Source: a virus
Taxonomy: Duplodnaviria > Caudoviricetes
IMG/VR virus record: IMGVR_UViG_3300047160_017115
Span: 23,879 to 87,878 of that record
Length of the DNA stretch: 64,000 nt
Reading direction: 5' to 3' (one strand)
Part shown: one piece after another, positions 53,634-61,728 of the stretch
How the letters are laid out: each line of letters starts with the position of its first letter
Numbering within the stretch: the first letter of the stretch is position 1
The notes under the pieces: generated by a model
Databases searched by the model: none
Seen by the model: only the letters and a program-made list of their open reading frames with translations
Told to the model about the DNA's origin: nothing
Made by a program: the position numbers and the translations under genes

Positions 53634-54685
53634 CGGCCGTCGGCATTTACGCCCCCTACCGCCTGTGTGAGCAGACCGACGCCGCGCTCACGCTGGCGGA
53701 GACGGCGCTGTCCTTTGGGCTCGAGCCCCGGCTGGCGTCCGACGAGCCCGTCGTGCGGGGGGTGAACCCGCCTTGGGACACAAAGGTCCGGCGGCTGCGT
53801 TCCATGGACGACGTGGTCCAGTGGGCGCGTGGCTGCGACCGCTTCGTGTGGTTCGTCCCCTCGCGCTCCGACCTGTCGCGCGTAAAGGGCGTGTGCCCTG
53901 ACGCCCAGCACATCCTCGTCCCGTCGTGGCACCGGCTCGACGAGGGGAAACTGAACGATTACGAGGCGTACCGGGACGTCGTCGTCCCGTCTCGCGCCGC
54001 CCAGACCCACTTTCAGAAGTGGACCGAGATCCGCAAACTCGCGGGGCGCAGGACCATCAAGCTCTGTCACTGGGACTCGGGAGTGATCGCCGTCCCGCGC
54101 GCGACCGCCGATCAGAACGCGCCGCCGCGCCTCCTCGTCCATGCCGATGCCTCGGCCGTGGACGACCTCGGGGCCGGCCTCATCGCTTGCATCGAGGGCC
54201 TCTTCGACAGGGTCCCAGACCTGCAGGTCACGCTTTACCGGGAGAAGACCTGGCCGATCGGGGTCTACCGTCAGGCCGCCAACCTGGCGCACGACACCGG
54301 GGGCCGCTTGACCCTGACCAGTGGCGACAGGCTCGAGCTCCTCGACTGTCTCCCGCGCCACGACTGGGCTTTCGTGCCTTCGACACGTGTCGACTTCGGT
54401 ACGGCGATCCTGCGGGCCGAGGCCTGTGGGGTGCCGACCGTGACCTACGACGTGCCGCCGGCCAGTGAGGTGCTGTGCCACTCGGGCCTGTCGTTGTCCT
54501 GTGAGCTCGTCGAGAACTGGTTCGGCGCCCCTGTCGCCGTGCCGTTCGCCTGTGCCGCGGTGCCCGCCCTGGCACAGCGGATCATGTCGCCGCCGCGGTT
54601 ACCGGCCAACTGGGCCGTCGACAGGCTGGAGGCGCGACGGTCGGCGTTCCGCAGGTTCTGGTCACAGCAGTGGGACATCCTCTGA
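53630..54685 (+). CDS. GT-B/GT4-like glycosyltransferase
   Basis: FVPSTRVDFGTAILRAEACGVPTVTYD resembles the GT4 'P.S..E.FG...lEA.A.G.Pvi' motif (acidic residues altered); ATGA coupling. Confidence 0.65.
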   Translation: MTAVGIYAPYRLCEQTDAALTLAETALSFGLEPRLASDEPVVRGVNPPWDTKVRRLRSMDDVVQWARGCDRFVWFVPSRSDLSRVKGVCPDAQHILVPSWHRLDEGKLNDYEAYRDVVVPSRAAQTHFQKWTEIRKLAGRRTIKLCHWDSGVIAVPRATADQNAPPRLLVHADASAVDDLGAGLIACIEGLFDRVPDLQVTLYREKTWPIGVYRQAANLAHDTGGRLTLTSGDRLELLDCLPRHDWAFVPSTRVDFGTAILRAEACGVPTVTYDVPPASEVLCHSGLSLSCELVENWFGAPVAVPFACAAVPALAQRIMSPPRLPANWAVDRLEARRSAFRRFWSQQWDIL

Positions 54686-54728
54686 ACTTGTGGCCCATCG
54701 GAGGCGGTGACTACCTTCGAGCTTGAAG

Positions 54729-54762
54729 ACCACGCCGTCCCGGGGGCTTCGTACCCGGAGAC
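54729..54762 (+). repeat. Dispersed 34-bp hairpin element, copy 8
   Basis: ACCACGCCGTCCCGGGGGCTTCGTACCCGGAGAC. Confidence 0.9.
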
Positions 54763-54782
54763 TGCACAAGTGGGGCGCTTAC

Positions 54783-54793
54783 AAAACCGTTTT
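54783..54793. promoter_or_regulatory. AAAAC-S-GTTT(T/C) near-palindrome
   Basis: AAAACCGTTTT, 14 nt before GTG 54807. Confidence 0.65.
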
Positions 54794-54806
54794 TGAGGGC
54801 TAGCGC

Positions 54807-55142
54807 GTGATTCCTCGCCAACAGTCTCACATTCCCGATATCTTCACCCACGTCGACAACGTCTACACCGAGGAGTGCCGCAAGTGCGGGGTCACACCCA
54901 ACCGTGCCGGCCTCCTCAAGTTCGCCCACGCGTATCTCGACCGCCACCGCCCCGTCGAGATGTTCGCCGCCGACGCCAACTTCGGCGCCGTCCTCAACAA
55001 CAACTTCCGAGTCCTCCTCTGCCCGCAGGCGGACACGCACGCCGGCGACGTCAACACCGGCGGCTCCGTCGCCGTTACCTCGGGTGGAGGTCCCGTGTAC
55101 GACCACAACTACCGGGACCCGAACGCGATTCCCGTGACGTGA
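54807..55142 (+). CDS. Hypothetical protein
   Basis: 111-aa ORF. Confidence 0.55.
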   Translation: MIPRQQSHIPDIFTHVDNVYTEECRKCGVTPNRAGLLKFAHAYLDRHRPVEMFAADANFGAVLNNNFRVLLCPQADTHAGDVNTGGSVAVTSGGGPVYDHNYRDPNAIPVT

Positions 55143-55150
55143 GGTGACCT

Positions 55151-55255
55151 GTGGACACGATCCTGAAGTGGCTCTACGACACTTTTATCTTCGTCGTCTT
55201 CGAGACCTACAAACTCATGATCCGCATCAAGCAGTTCTTCGCCGGCACCGACTAA
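55151..55255 (+). CDS. Putative 34-aa hydrophobic peptide
   Basis: Manual translation (M)DTILKWLYDTFIFVVFETYKLMIRIKQFFAGTD; GAGGTG RBS. Confidence 0.45.
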   Translation: MDTILKWLYDTFIFVVFETYKLMIRIKQFFAGTD

Positions 55256-55274
55256 CCGTTTCCGAGTACGCACC

Positions 55275-56045
55275 ATGGAATTCGAAAACCCGGAGCAGCC
55301 CGAAGACCTTATCGTCGTCTCCCAGGTCGAGATCGCGCGCGTCCTGAGCGTGCTCTTCTCCGACTTCAAGGAGGCGACGCAGGAAGAGCCGGACGAATCG
55401 CAACTCAACAGCCTGCCTGCTTTCGTTGAGTGGTTCGTCTGCAACGAGTTCCTCTTTGACGACGACGAGATCGCTGACAGGGCCAGGTCCTCCCCCGAGC
55501 TCGTCGGTCGCATCAAGGGCACGCTACTCGGCCCTAACGCCGTGCCGCGCTTCATCGGCGTCTGGACGCGCGTCGTGCTCTCGGGGCGCAAGCCCCCGCG
55601 GCACGTGGTCAAATCCGTGCTGGCCGTCGTTCTCGTGAACTACGAGGACGGTACCTTGGTCCCCCTCCTGGCGCGGGTGCCGGGGCTGGGCGACCCTGAG
55701 GACGACTGGTCCGACGCGTCGCTCGTGGACGTTACCTTGAAGGCGGCTGAGACTATCACCAAGGGTCTTTTCGACCACGGCGTGGACGGCCTCTACGACT
55801 TTGGCGCCGGCGCGACTATCGACATGCGCTTGTGGGAGGCGTTCGAGCAGGCGATAGCCCGCCTGATCCAGTCGCCGCTCCTGCCGGTGGAGGCTCGTGA
55901 CGCGTTCGCATCCTATCTCGCTCTCGCGAGCTTGATTCTGGACCCGGACCCGAGCCTCCCGCCCGAAATGCTCAAGGAGCTTGCCGAGGCGGAGCTCGCC
56001 CGTTCCGCTAGGCATTTGCGTGAGGCGAAAACACGCCGTTCCTGA
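55275..56045 (+). CDS. Hypothetical protein
   Basis: 256-aa acidic ORF. Confidence 0.65.
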   Translation: MEFENPEQPEDLIVVSQVEIARVLSVLFSDFKEATQEEPDESQLNSLPAFVEWFVCNEFLFDDDEIADRARSSPELVGRIKGTLLGPNAVPRFIGVWTRVVLSGRKPPRHVVKSVLAVVLVNYEDGTLVPLLARVPGLGDPEDDWSDASLVDVTLKAAETITKGLFDHGVDGLYDFGAGATIDMRLWEAFEQAIARLIQSPLLPVEARDAFASYLALASLILDPDPSLPPEMLKELAEAELARSARHLREAKTRRS

Positions 56046-56067
56046 CCTCAGTGCGGAGTTGTCAGTT

Positions 56068-56652
56068 ATGAAAGAGTACGACCCCAACTATCGGGTCGCC
56101 GTTGTCACGGGGACGACTATGTTCGACCCCCGGTCTCACTATTCCATGGCACCGGTGGAAGGGACCTGCTGCGTGGTTCCCCTCGCCCCGTACTACCCGC
56201 CCGGCGCCGGTGAAGACGCGTGCCTCTTTCGGTCTCTTAACGAGAGCGACGTGTGCGTGTATCACGAGGTCCACGTCGGCAACCCGGACGAGCTGGTGGC
56301 GTTGTACCGTGAGTCCGTCTTGAAGATTCACAGGATGCTGTTAAGCGGCCCCGGGGGCACGCGTCCCTTCGCTGACGGCATTTCGCTCGAGGGCATCGGG
56401 AAGACGCGCGTCGATCCTGAGCTCTCCGCCGGTCCTCACCGCGAGCGGGAACGTGTAACAGGCGCCCCCTACAAGCAGGACTACCTGACGCGCAGCCGCC
56501 TCCGCGCCCTCGTCGCGCAGTGGACTCACGACAACCACGACGAGAACCGGCTTGACGAGGTGTCGTGTGTCGACGCGCTGATCGAGGCCTTGCAGGTCTA
56601 CCGTGACGACCGGCCCGATGAGCGGATCGGTTTGAATCAGTTACGGCGCTAG
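56068..56652 (+). CDS. Hypothetical protein
   Basis: ATG 56068 with GGAG RBS within track ORF 55981..56652. Confidence 0.55.
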   Translation: MKEYDPNYRVAVVTGTTMFDPRSHYSMAPVEGTCCVVPLAPYYPPGAGEDACLFRSLNESDVCVYHEVHVGNPDELVALYRESVLKIHRMLLSGPGGTRPFADGISLEGIGKTRVDPELSAGPHRERERVTGAPYKQDYLTRSRLRALVAQWTHDNHDENRLDEVSCVDALIEALQVYRDDRPDERIGLNQLRR

Positions 56653-56775
56653 ATCGACGGCAGATAGACGAGACGAGTTTCTAGACGATCGCGTCGTGCG
56701 AGCGACTTGTTGCTCGGGCGGCGCGTCGTTCGTTTCCTGCTTCGAGTTTGTCCTTCACCTTGAGGAAACCTCACC

Positions 56776-57720
56776 GTGGACGCTACGCCTGAGACCTTAT
56801 GCTCCATTGACCCGGAGCACCGCGTCCTCCTTTTGAGGACGAACGACGCCAACATGAGGAGCTTCGGCGGTTTCACCTGGCCTGAGTCTGGCTGGTGTGT
56901 GGCGCCGGATTGGGAGCCCAAGCCTAAGTGCGGCCACGGCCTCCACGGCCTCCTCTGGGGCGCAGGGAATTCTGTGCTTCTGGACTGGGACAAGACCGCC
57001 AAGTGGCTCGTCGTGGAAGCGGACGCCCGTGAGCTCGTAGATCTTGACGGCAAGGTCAAGGTGCCCAGGGGCCGCGTCGTCCATGTTGGCGACCAGGTGT
57101 CGGCTACCCAGTACCTCTACAACAACGACGGCCACTGCTCTTCGATCGTGGGCCTCTCGTTAACCGTGGGTCACGGCGTCAGGGTCGTGGGAGGCGCTCA
57201 ATCCGTGCTCACCGGAGGTCACGACGTCGTGCTCACCGGTGGTTTCGGGTCCCTGCTCGTCGGCGGTCATAGATCCGTGCTCACCGCCGGTAGTGATTCC
57301 GTGCTCAGCGGCGGCGAAGCCTCCAGACTCACCGGCGGAGAGTTTTGCCAGCTCACCGGTGGCTACGGCGCCGAGCTCAGCGCCGGCAGCAACGCCCGCC
57401 TCCTCGGCGGCGATGTCTCCGTGCTCACCGCCGGCAACTATTCCGTGCTCACCGGTGGGGTGTGCTCTGTGCTCACGGCGGGTCGTGACTCCAAACTCGT
57501 CGGCGGTCATAGCTCCAAGCTCACCGCCGGTAGGGATTCCGTGCTCATAGGCGATCGCCAGTCAACTTTCGCAGGTGGCGAGGGGTCCGTGTTCTCCTGT
57601 CGATGGCTCGACGATTCACGGTTACGGCTCGTTACGGCCTACGTGGGGGAGGATGGGATCGAGCCTGATCGCCCCTATCATTTTGCGGGTGGTGCATTCC
57701 ACCTCGTTGATCGGTCATGA
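56776..57720 (+). CDS. Miniature ice-nucleation-protein (InaZ-family) homologue
   Basis: N-domain LLRT..ANM...G.TWP.SG...W...GL.GLLWGAG.S..L...A.W.V.E...VK.PR..VVHVGD..SA; about 17 octapeptides (SVLTAG/GG type); C-domain SVF..RW.D..R.R.V.A..GEDGIEPDRPY. Matches recalled InaZ N- and C-terminal sequences. Confidence 0.8.
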   Translation: MDATPETLCSIDPEHRVLLLRTNDANMRSFGGFTWPESGWCVAPDWEPKPKCGHGLHGLLWGAGNSVLLDWDKTAKWLVVEADARELVDLDGKVKVPRGRVVHVGDQVSATQYLYNNDGHCSSIVGLSLTVGHGVRVVGGAQSVLTGGHDVVLTGGFGSLLVGGHRSVLTAGSDSVLSGGEASRLTGGEFCQLTGGYGAELSAGSNARLLGGDVSVLTAGNYSVLTGGVCSVLTAGRDSKLVGGHSSKLTAGRDSVLIGDRQSTFAGGEGSVFSCRWLDDSRLRLVTAYVGEDGIEPDRPYHFAGGAFHLVDRS

Positions 57721-57737
57721 TGCCGAAGGAGTCTCAA

Positions 57738-59174
57738 ATGGCTTACGACCTGGTGGGTCGTGTCGAGTCGCTCGGCACGCCCAAGGTTCTCGTGATCGGG
57801 GACATCATCCTCGATCGGTACATCTGGGGCGACGTCGAGCGCGTCAGCCCCGAGGCCCCCGTGCCCGTGTTCGTCCCCTACAAGACGGAGGACCGTCTCG
57901 GCGGGGCGGGGGCCGTTGCCGCCATGCTCGCGACGCTCGGCGCCGAAGTGACTCTCCAGGGCCTCGCCGGTATCGATGAGACCGCTTTCGTCGTTGGGAC
58001 CCTTGCCAAAGACCTTGGAATCAGTCGTCGCGTGTACCGCGAAGAGGGTCGTCCGACCACGGTCAAGGAGCGCTACGTGGGGCGCTCTCATGGGAAGCAC
58101 GTGCAGCAGCTCTTGCGTGTCGATCGCGAGTCATGCAAGGGGCCCGAAGCATTCACTCAAAGGTTTCTCAAAGAGACCCTCACGTCCGCTTGTTCGCATA
58201 AGTGGGACGCCATCCTGGTCTCCGACTACGGCAAGGGCGTCTGTACCCAAGACACTGTGCGCGCGGCCGTCGAGTACGGACGTGAGCGTGCCATCCCTGT
58301 AGTCGTGGACCCTTCGGCTAGCAAGGCGGTAGGTGCCTACTACGGGGCGACGGCCCTCACGCCTAACCGTCGTGAGGCCGCGCAGCTCTGTTGTGATGGC
58401 ATCCCTGTCGAGCGGCTATGGCAATACTCGTCCGTGGGGTGTGTCTTCACCACGCTCGACAAGGACGGGATCTCCGTTAGCCACAAAGGGGGCTACTCGG
58501 TCCTGCCTGCTCGACCCCGGGAGGTCTACGATGTCACGGGGGCGGGCGACATGGTCCTCGCTGTCATCGGCCTCTGTCTCGCGTCGGGCGCGAGCTACGA
58601 GGAGGCCGCGGCCCTCGCCAACGTGGCGGGCGGCCTCTCCGTCGAACGGTTCGGCGCGGCCCTGCTCACCAGGCAGGAGCTCGTCGACGACATCCGTGCC
58701 GCGAGCCCTTCCCAGGACCCGAAGTTGTTCAGCCTCTCGTCTCTCGTGGGGGAGGTCGCTCATCGCCGCGCTCTTGGCCAGACGATCGTCATGACCAACG
58801 GGTGCTTTGATTGTCTGCACCCCGGTCACCTGCACCTTCTCACATACGCCAAAGACGAGGATACATATCTCATCGTCGCCGTGAACTCCGACGACAGCGT
58901 GCGGAGACTCAAGGGGGAGAGACGGCCCATCCAGCCGCTGGCTGAGAGGGTGAAGGCCCTCACGGGGTTGCGCTGCGTCGACGCCGTCATCGTCTTCAAG
59001 GAAGACACGCCGTTGGCGTTGATCCAGGAGTTCAGACCCGACGTCCTGGTGAAGGGCGACGACTACACCATGGACCAGGTGGTCGGTCGTGACAGCGTCC
59101 TGGACGCTGGAGGTAAAGTGGTCCTCGTGCCTCGGCTCCCGGGTTACTGCACCAGTCGGCTCCTGCGAACCTGA
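57738..59174 (+). CDS. hldE: Bifunctional heptose-7-phosphate kinase / heptose-1-phosphate adenylyltransferase
   Basis: IGDIILDRY.WG.VERVSPEAPVPV; SDYGKG; TPNRRE; YDVTGAGD; TNGCFDCLHPGH; NSDDSVRRLKG..RP; VKGDDY. AAGGAG RBS. Confidence 0.95.
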   Translation: MAYDLVGRVESLGTPKVLVIGDIILDRYIWGDVERVSPEAPVPVFVPYKTEDRLGGAGAVAAMLATLGAEVTLQGLAGIDETAFVVGTLAKDLGISRRVYREEGRPTTVKERYVGRSHGKHVQQLLRVDRESCKGPEAFTQRFLKETLTSACSHKWDAILVSDYGKGVCTQDTVRAAVEYGRERAIPVVVDPSASKAVGAYYGATALTPNRREAAQLCCDGIPVERLWQYSSVGCVFTTLDKDGISVSHKGGYSVLPARPREVYDVTGAGDMVLAVIGLCLASGASYEEAAALANVAGGLSVERFGAALLTRQELVDDIRAASPSQDPKLFSLSSLVGEVAHRRALGQTIVMTNGCFDCLHPGHLHLLTYAKDEDTYLIVAVNSDDSVRRLKGERRPIQPLAERVKALTGLRCVDAVIVFKEDTPLALIQEFRPDVLVKGDDYTMDQVVGRDSVLDAGGKVVLVPRLPGYCTSRLLRT

Positions 59175-59451
59175 TCAGGTTTTATTAGGCTTAGAAAAAT
59201 CCTCGGAGCGATTTTCTCTCGTGAAAGCGAACTCCGATCGGTCCGGTTTCACGGATCCCTCCGGTGCGCCGGCCGGACCGCCCCCGGCGTTCGGCGGCGT
59301 CGCTCGTCGACCGGTTCTTTATGGCACGTCGTCGTTCTGGGGGGACGAAGACCTGGTGTCGTACGTCGTCCACTTCCCGCTGGCGGGGTATTACGTACGA
59401 GAGGACGGCAGGATCCTCCACGACCTCCCCGCGGGGGCCGAGCTCATCGGC

Positions 59452-59492
59452 CCCGTAAACGAAACCGCCCGGCCTTCTGAGGGGCCGGGCGG
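59452..59492 (-). terminator. Intrinsic terminator downstream of the tRNA
   Basis: Perfect 10-bp stem CCGCCCGGCC (59465-74)/GGCCGGGCGG (59483-92), followed on the minus strand by TTTCGTTT. Confidence 0.7.
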
Positions 59493-59508
59493 CGTCGTTT
59501 CCCGAAAG

Positions 59509-59578
59509 TAGCGGCGGGGGGAATCGAACCCCCGAGACCAGGGTTATGAGCCCTAGTGAGGTACCAACCTTCACCGCG
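59509..59578 (-). tRNA. tRNA-fMet(CAT), short D-arm, no encoded CCA
   Basis: CGCGGTG...TAGGG-CTCATAA-CCCTG...GGGGG-TTCGATT-CCCCC-CGCCGCT-A; C1:U72 mismatch and three G:C anticodon-stem pairs are initiator hallmarks. Confidence 0.85.
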
Positions 59579-59589
59579 TTTGTATCATC

Positions 59590-59623
59590 GTCATGCCGCC
59601 CCGGGGGCTTCATACCCGGAGAA
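59590..59623 (+). repeat. Dispersed 34-bp hairpin element, copy 9
   Basis: GTCATGCCGCCCCGGGGGCTTCATACCCGGAGAA, 11 nt from the tRNA 5' end. Confidence 0.9.
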
Positions 59624-59704
59624 ACCGCGCCTTTAGCCTACCCGAGTGTGGTGTCGCCGTCGAGGCCCCAGGGCATAGACTGGAGGCCGGGAAAGGAGGC
59701 AGGG

Positions 59705-59980
59705 ATGCCGTTCAAGTCGAAGGCGCAGTCGGCGGCGTGTTACGCACGCAGGGCCGAGGGGACCAACGGGTCGTGGGACTGCTCGGAGTGGTCCCACGTC
59801 ACCAACTACAAGAGACTCCCCAAGCACGTCCGCAAGCGGAAGAAGTCCGCCGCGGAGCTGCTGGGTGAGGCGGCGGCCAGGGTCAAGCGGGCCAACGTCG
59901 GCTGCGACGTCCCCACCGTGTCGACCCGGACGTTTACGGGGCCGCCGGCGACAGGACTGTCCTGGATGGGGAAATCCTGA
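59705..59980 (+). CDS. Small basic phage protein (MPFKSKAQ family)
   Basis: AAGGAGG RBS; MPFKSKAQ...WD...W...T.YK.LP.HVRKRKKSAA. Confidence 0.7.
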   Translation: MPFKSKAQSAACYARRAEGTNGSWDCSEWSHVTNYKRLPKHVRKRKKSAAELLGEAAARVKRANVGCDVPTVSTRTFTGPPATGLSWMGKS

Positions 59981-60001
59981 GCCCGCGCGGGCTTGTCCAC
60001 A

Positions 60002-60012
60002 AAAACGGTTTC
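60002..60012. promoter_or_regulatory. AAAAC-S-GTTT(T/C) near-palindrome
   Basis: AAAACGGTTTC, intergenic. Confidence 0.6.
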
Positions 60013-60020
60013 GTGAGATG

Positions 60021-60060
60021 ACGCCCCGCCTCGGGCCTCCGCGGCGGGGCGTTGTCGTTT
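60021..60060 (+). terminator. Possible terminator hairpin
   Basis: ACGCCCCGCC/GGCGGGGCGT followed by TGTCGTTT. Confidence 0.45.
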
Positions 60061-60089
60061 CCACGGCCACCAGCAAGGAGGAGCTCCCA

Positions 60090-60308
60090 GTGTGGTGTTT
60101 TATCGAGTCCCTCAGGCCCGGGGTCACGCCTGCCGAGTTCCTCGGCAGCGCCGACTTCTGGGCCTGCGTTGTCGTCCTGGTCGTCGCCGTCTCCGTCCCG
60201 CTCGCCGAGCGGGTGAAGAGGTGGGCTCTGTGTGGCGCCCGCCCTTGCCCTGTGCTCCCTCTCCAGTGGAGGAAAGACCGTGCTGTTCGTTACCGCGACG
60301 TGGCCTGA
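60090..60308 (+). CDS. Small membrane protein
   Basis: GTG after AAGGAGG; hydrophobic FWACVVVLVVAVSVPLA. Confidence 0.4.
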   Translation: MWCFIESLRPGVTPAEFLGSADFWACVVVLVVAVSVPLAERVKRWALCGARPCPVLPLQWRKDRAVRYRDVA

Positions 60309-60438
60309 CGCTGTGATCTGGGGCTTCGCGTGTCTGGCGTTCCTCGGGTTCTGGTGGGCCGCTAACGGCAGCCCACCTCTCATCAAGATCACCCGGTGTC
60401 GTTGTGAGTCCGACAAGACCAAGCAGGGAGACTGAGAC

Positions 60439-60954
60439 ATGGCCCTGAAGCTGACGAAGGCGGTCCGCGCCAAGCGCGTGGCCGTGATGGAGGACATTCT
60501 CGTGCGGTTGGCGGCCCGTAAGTTGCACCTGAAACGTGGCAGCTACATGGCTCGCAGCGACCGCAAGTTCGCCACTTCGAAACGTGCCGAGCGGGAGATT
60601 GCGCCCGAGGACCAACTCCAAGAGTGTGTCGACGACATCGAGAAGGCGTGCGACGTCTGTCTGATGGGCGCCGTCCTCTTGAGCTACATCCGGCTGTACA
60701 ACAAGGTCACAGCTGAAGCGGTTACGGGTGACGACCTTGATTCGTACGAACTGTGGGAGTTGAGTACCGGCTACGATGAGATCCGCCAGGTGCTGCGCGA
60801 CGTCTTCACGCCCGCTGATCTAGGTGTGATCGAGGCCGTGTTTGAGGGCCGCGTGACCTTTCTAGAGATGGATGGCTTCGACTTCGCGGTTCCCTGGGTG
60901 CGCGAGTTCCTCGTGGCCCACCCTAAGAAGCCCCATCTCGCGCTCGCGCGGTAG
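60439..60954 (+). CDS. Hypothetical protein, paralog of 61075..61728, apparently truncated by TAG
   Basis: AVMEDIL...CDVCLMGAVLLS...LYNKV...VFTPAD...IEAVFEG; homology continues past the TAG to TAA 61014. Confidence 0.65.
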   Translation: MALKLTKAVRAKRVAVMEDILVRLAARKLHLKRGSYMARSDRKFATSKRAEREIAPEDQLQECVDDIEKACDVCLMGAVLLSYIRLYNKVTAEAVTGDDLDSYELWELSTGYDEIRQVLRDVFTPADLGVIEAVFEGRVTFLEMDGFDFAVPWVREFLVAHPKKPHLALAR

Positions 60955-61074
60955 ATCATCGCCAACAACGGCGCCATTGGCTACGAGCACCTGATCCCGA
61001 AGGCCGATGAGTAAGCCAGGCTGTAAGCCGTAACACGTGAGACGTTCCTGACCTACGACATAGAGGTAGAATCT

Positions 61075-61728
61075 ATGTGTGCATACGACATCGACCCCAC
61101 CACAGGGCGACAGGTCCCTACGAGAGAGATGCGAGATCGCGCCGTCGCCGTCATGAAGGACGTGCTCCAGCGCATCGAGAACGTGGACTACTACCCGCAA
61201 TGCGTGCGGAGGATGCACACCTATTTCGTGCGGACGACCTGTTCTTTGCCGCGTCGCGGGGACCTTCGAGACTTCCTGGAGAAAGGGCTGTCGGAGTGCC
61301 AGTTCTGCGCGCTTGGGGCGATCCTCGTCTCCAAGGCCGCCCTCTACGACCAGGTACCCATGCGCAAGCTCACCGATGGGACCGCGTACGTCCCTCGCTC
61401 CGCGTTGTGCGACGCCATCCAGGGTGTGTTCACGACGGACGATACTTTGCTTATCGAGTGGGCGTTCGAGGGGGTGGATTGTGGTCTGGGCGCGGAAGAG
61501 GGGGTCACGCCCGTCGTCCTGGCCCTGAAGTTAAAGGCGCGAGTCTGGCTGTCGCGCGTTGGGCCTATCAGCTTACCGTCCTACAGGCGGTTGGAGGCCA
61601 TCGCCCAGAACGTCGTTGACAACGATGGCATCTTCAACCTCAGTGTCCCCCCGGACACCGTCTACATTCGGGAGTGGGAGGCGCGCGCTGCAAGCCCCCA
61701 CCACGTCTTCGCGCGAAAGCGCGCCTGA
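61075..61728 (+). CDS. Hypothetical protein, paralog of 60439..60954
   Basis: AVMKDVL...CQFCALGAILVS...LYDQV...VFTTDD...IEWAFEG...RLEAIAQNVVDNDGIF. Confidence 0.7.
   Translation: MCAYDIDPTTGRQVPTREMRDRAVAVMKDVLQRIENVDYYPQCVRRMHTYFVRTTCSLPRRGDLRDFLEKGLSECQFCALGAILVSKAALYDQVPMRKLTDGTAYVPRSALCDAIQGVFTTDDTLLIEWAFEGVDCGLGAEEGVTPVVLALKLKARVWLSRVGPISLPSYRRLEAIAQNVVDNDGIFNLSVPPDTVYIREWEARAASPHHVFARKRA

Noticed and set aside
59221-59511. Possible + strand ORF (VKANSDRSGF...SRK) between hldE and the tRNA
   Set aside because: No clear RBS, it overlaps the tRNA terminator, and no motif is recognisable. It could be a gene remnant.
8555-59623. The 34-bp element as a CRISPR array
   Set aside because: Copies are dispersed over 51 kb. 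The only close pairs have 14-nt and 73-nt gaps. There are no regular 30-40-nt spacers and no cas1/cas2.
6403-60954. Genome-wide TAG stop-codon reassignment
   Set aside because: Several confident genes (dcd, alpha-CTD, PIG-L) end at TAG at their expected C-termini, with the next gene following closely.
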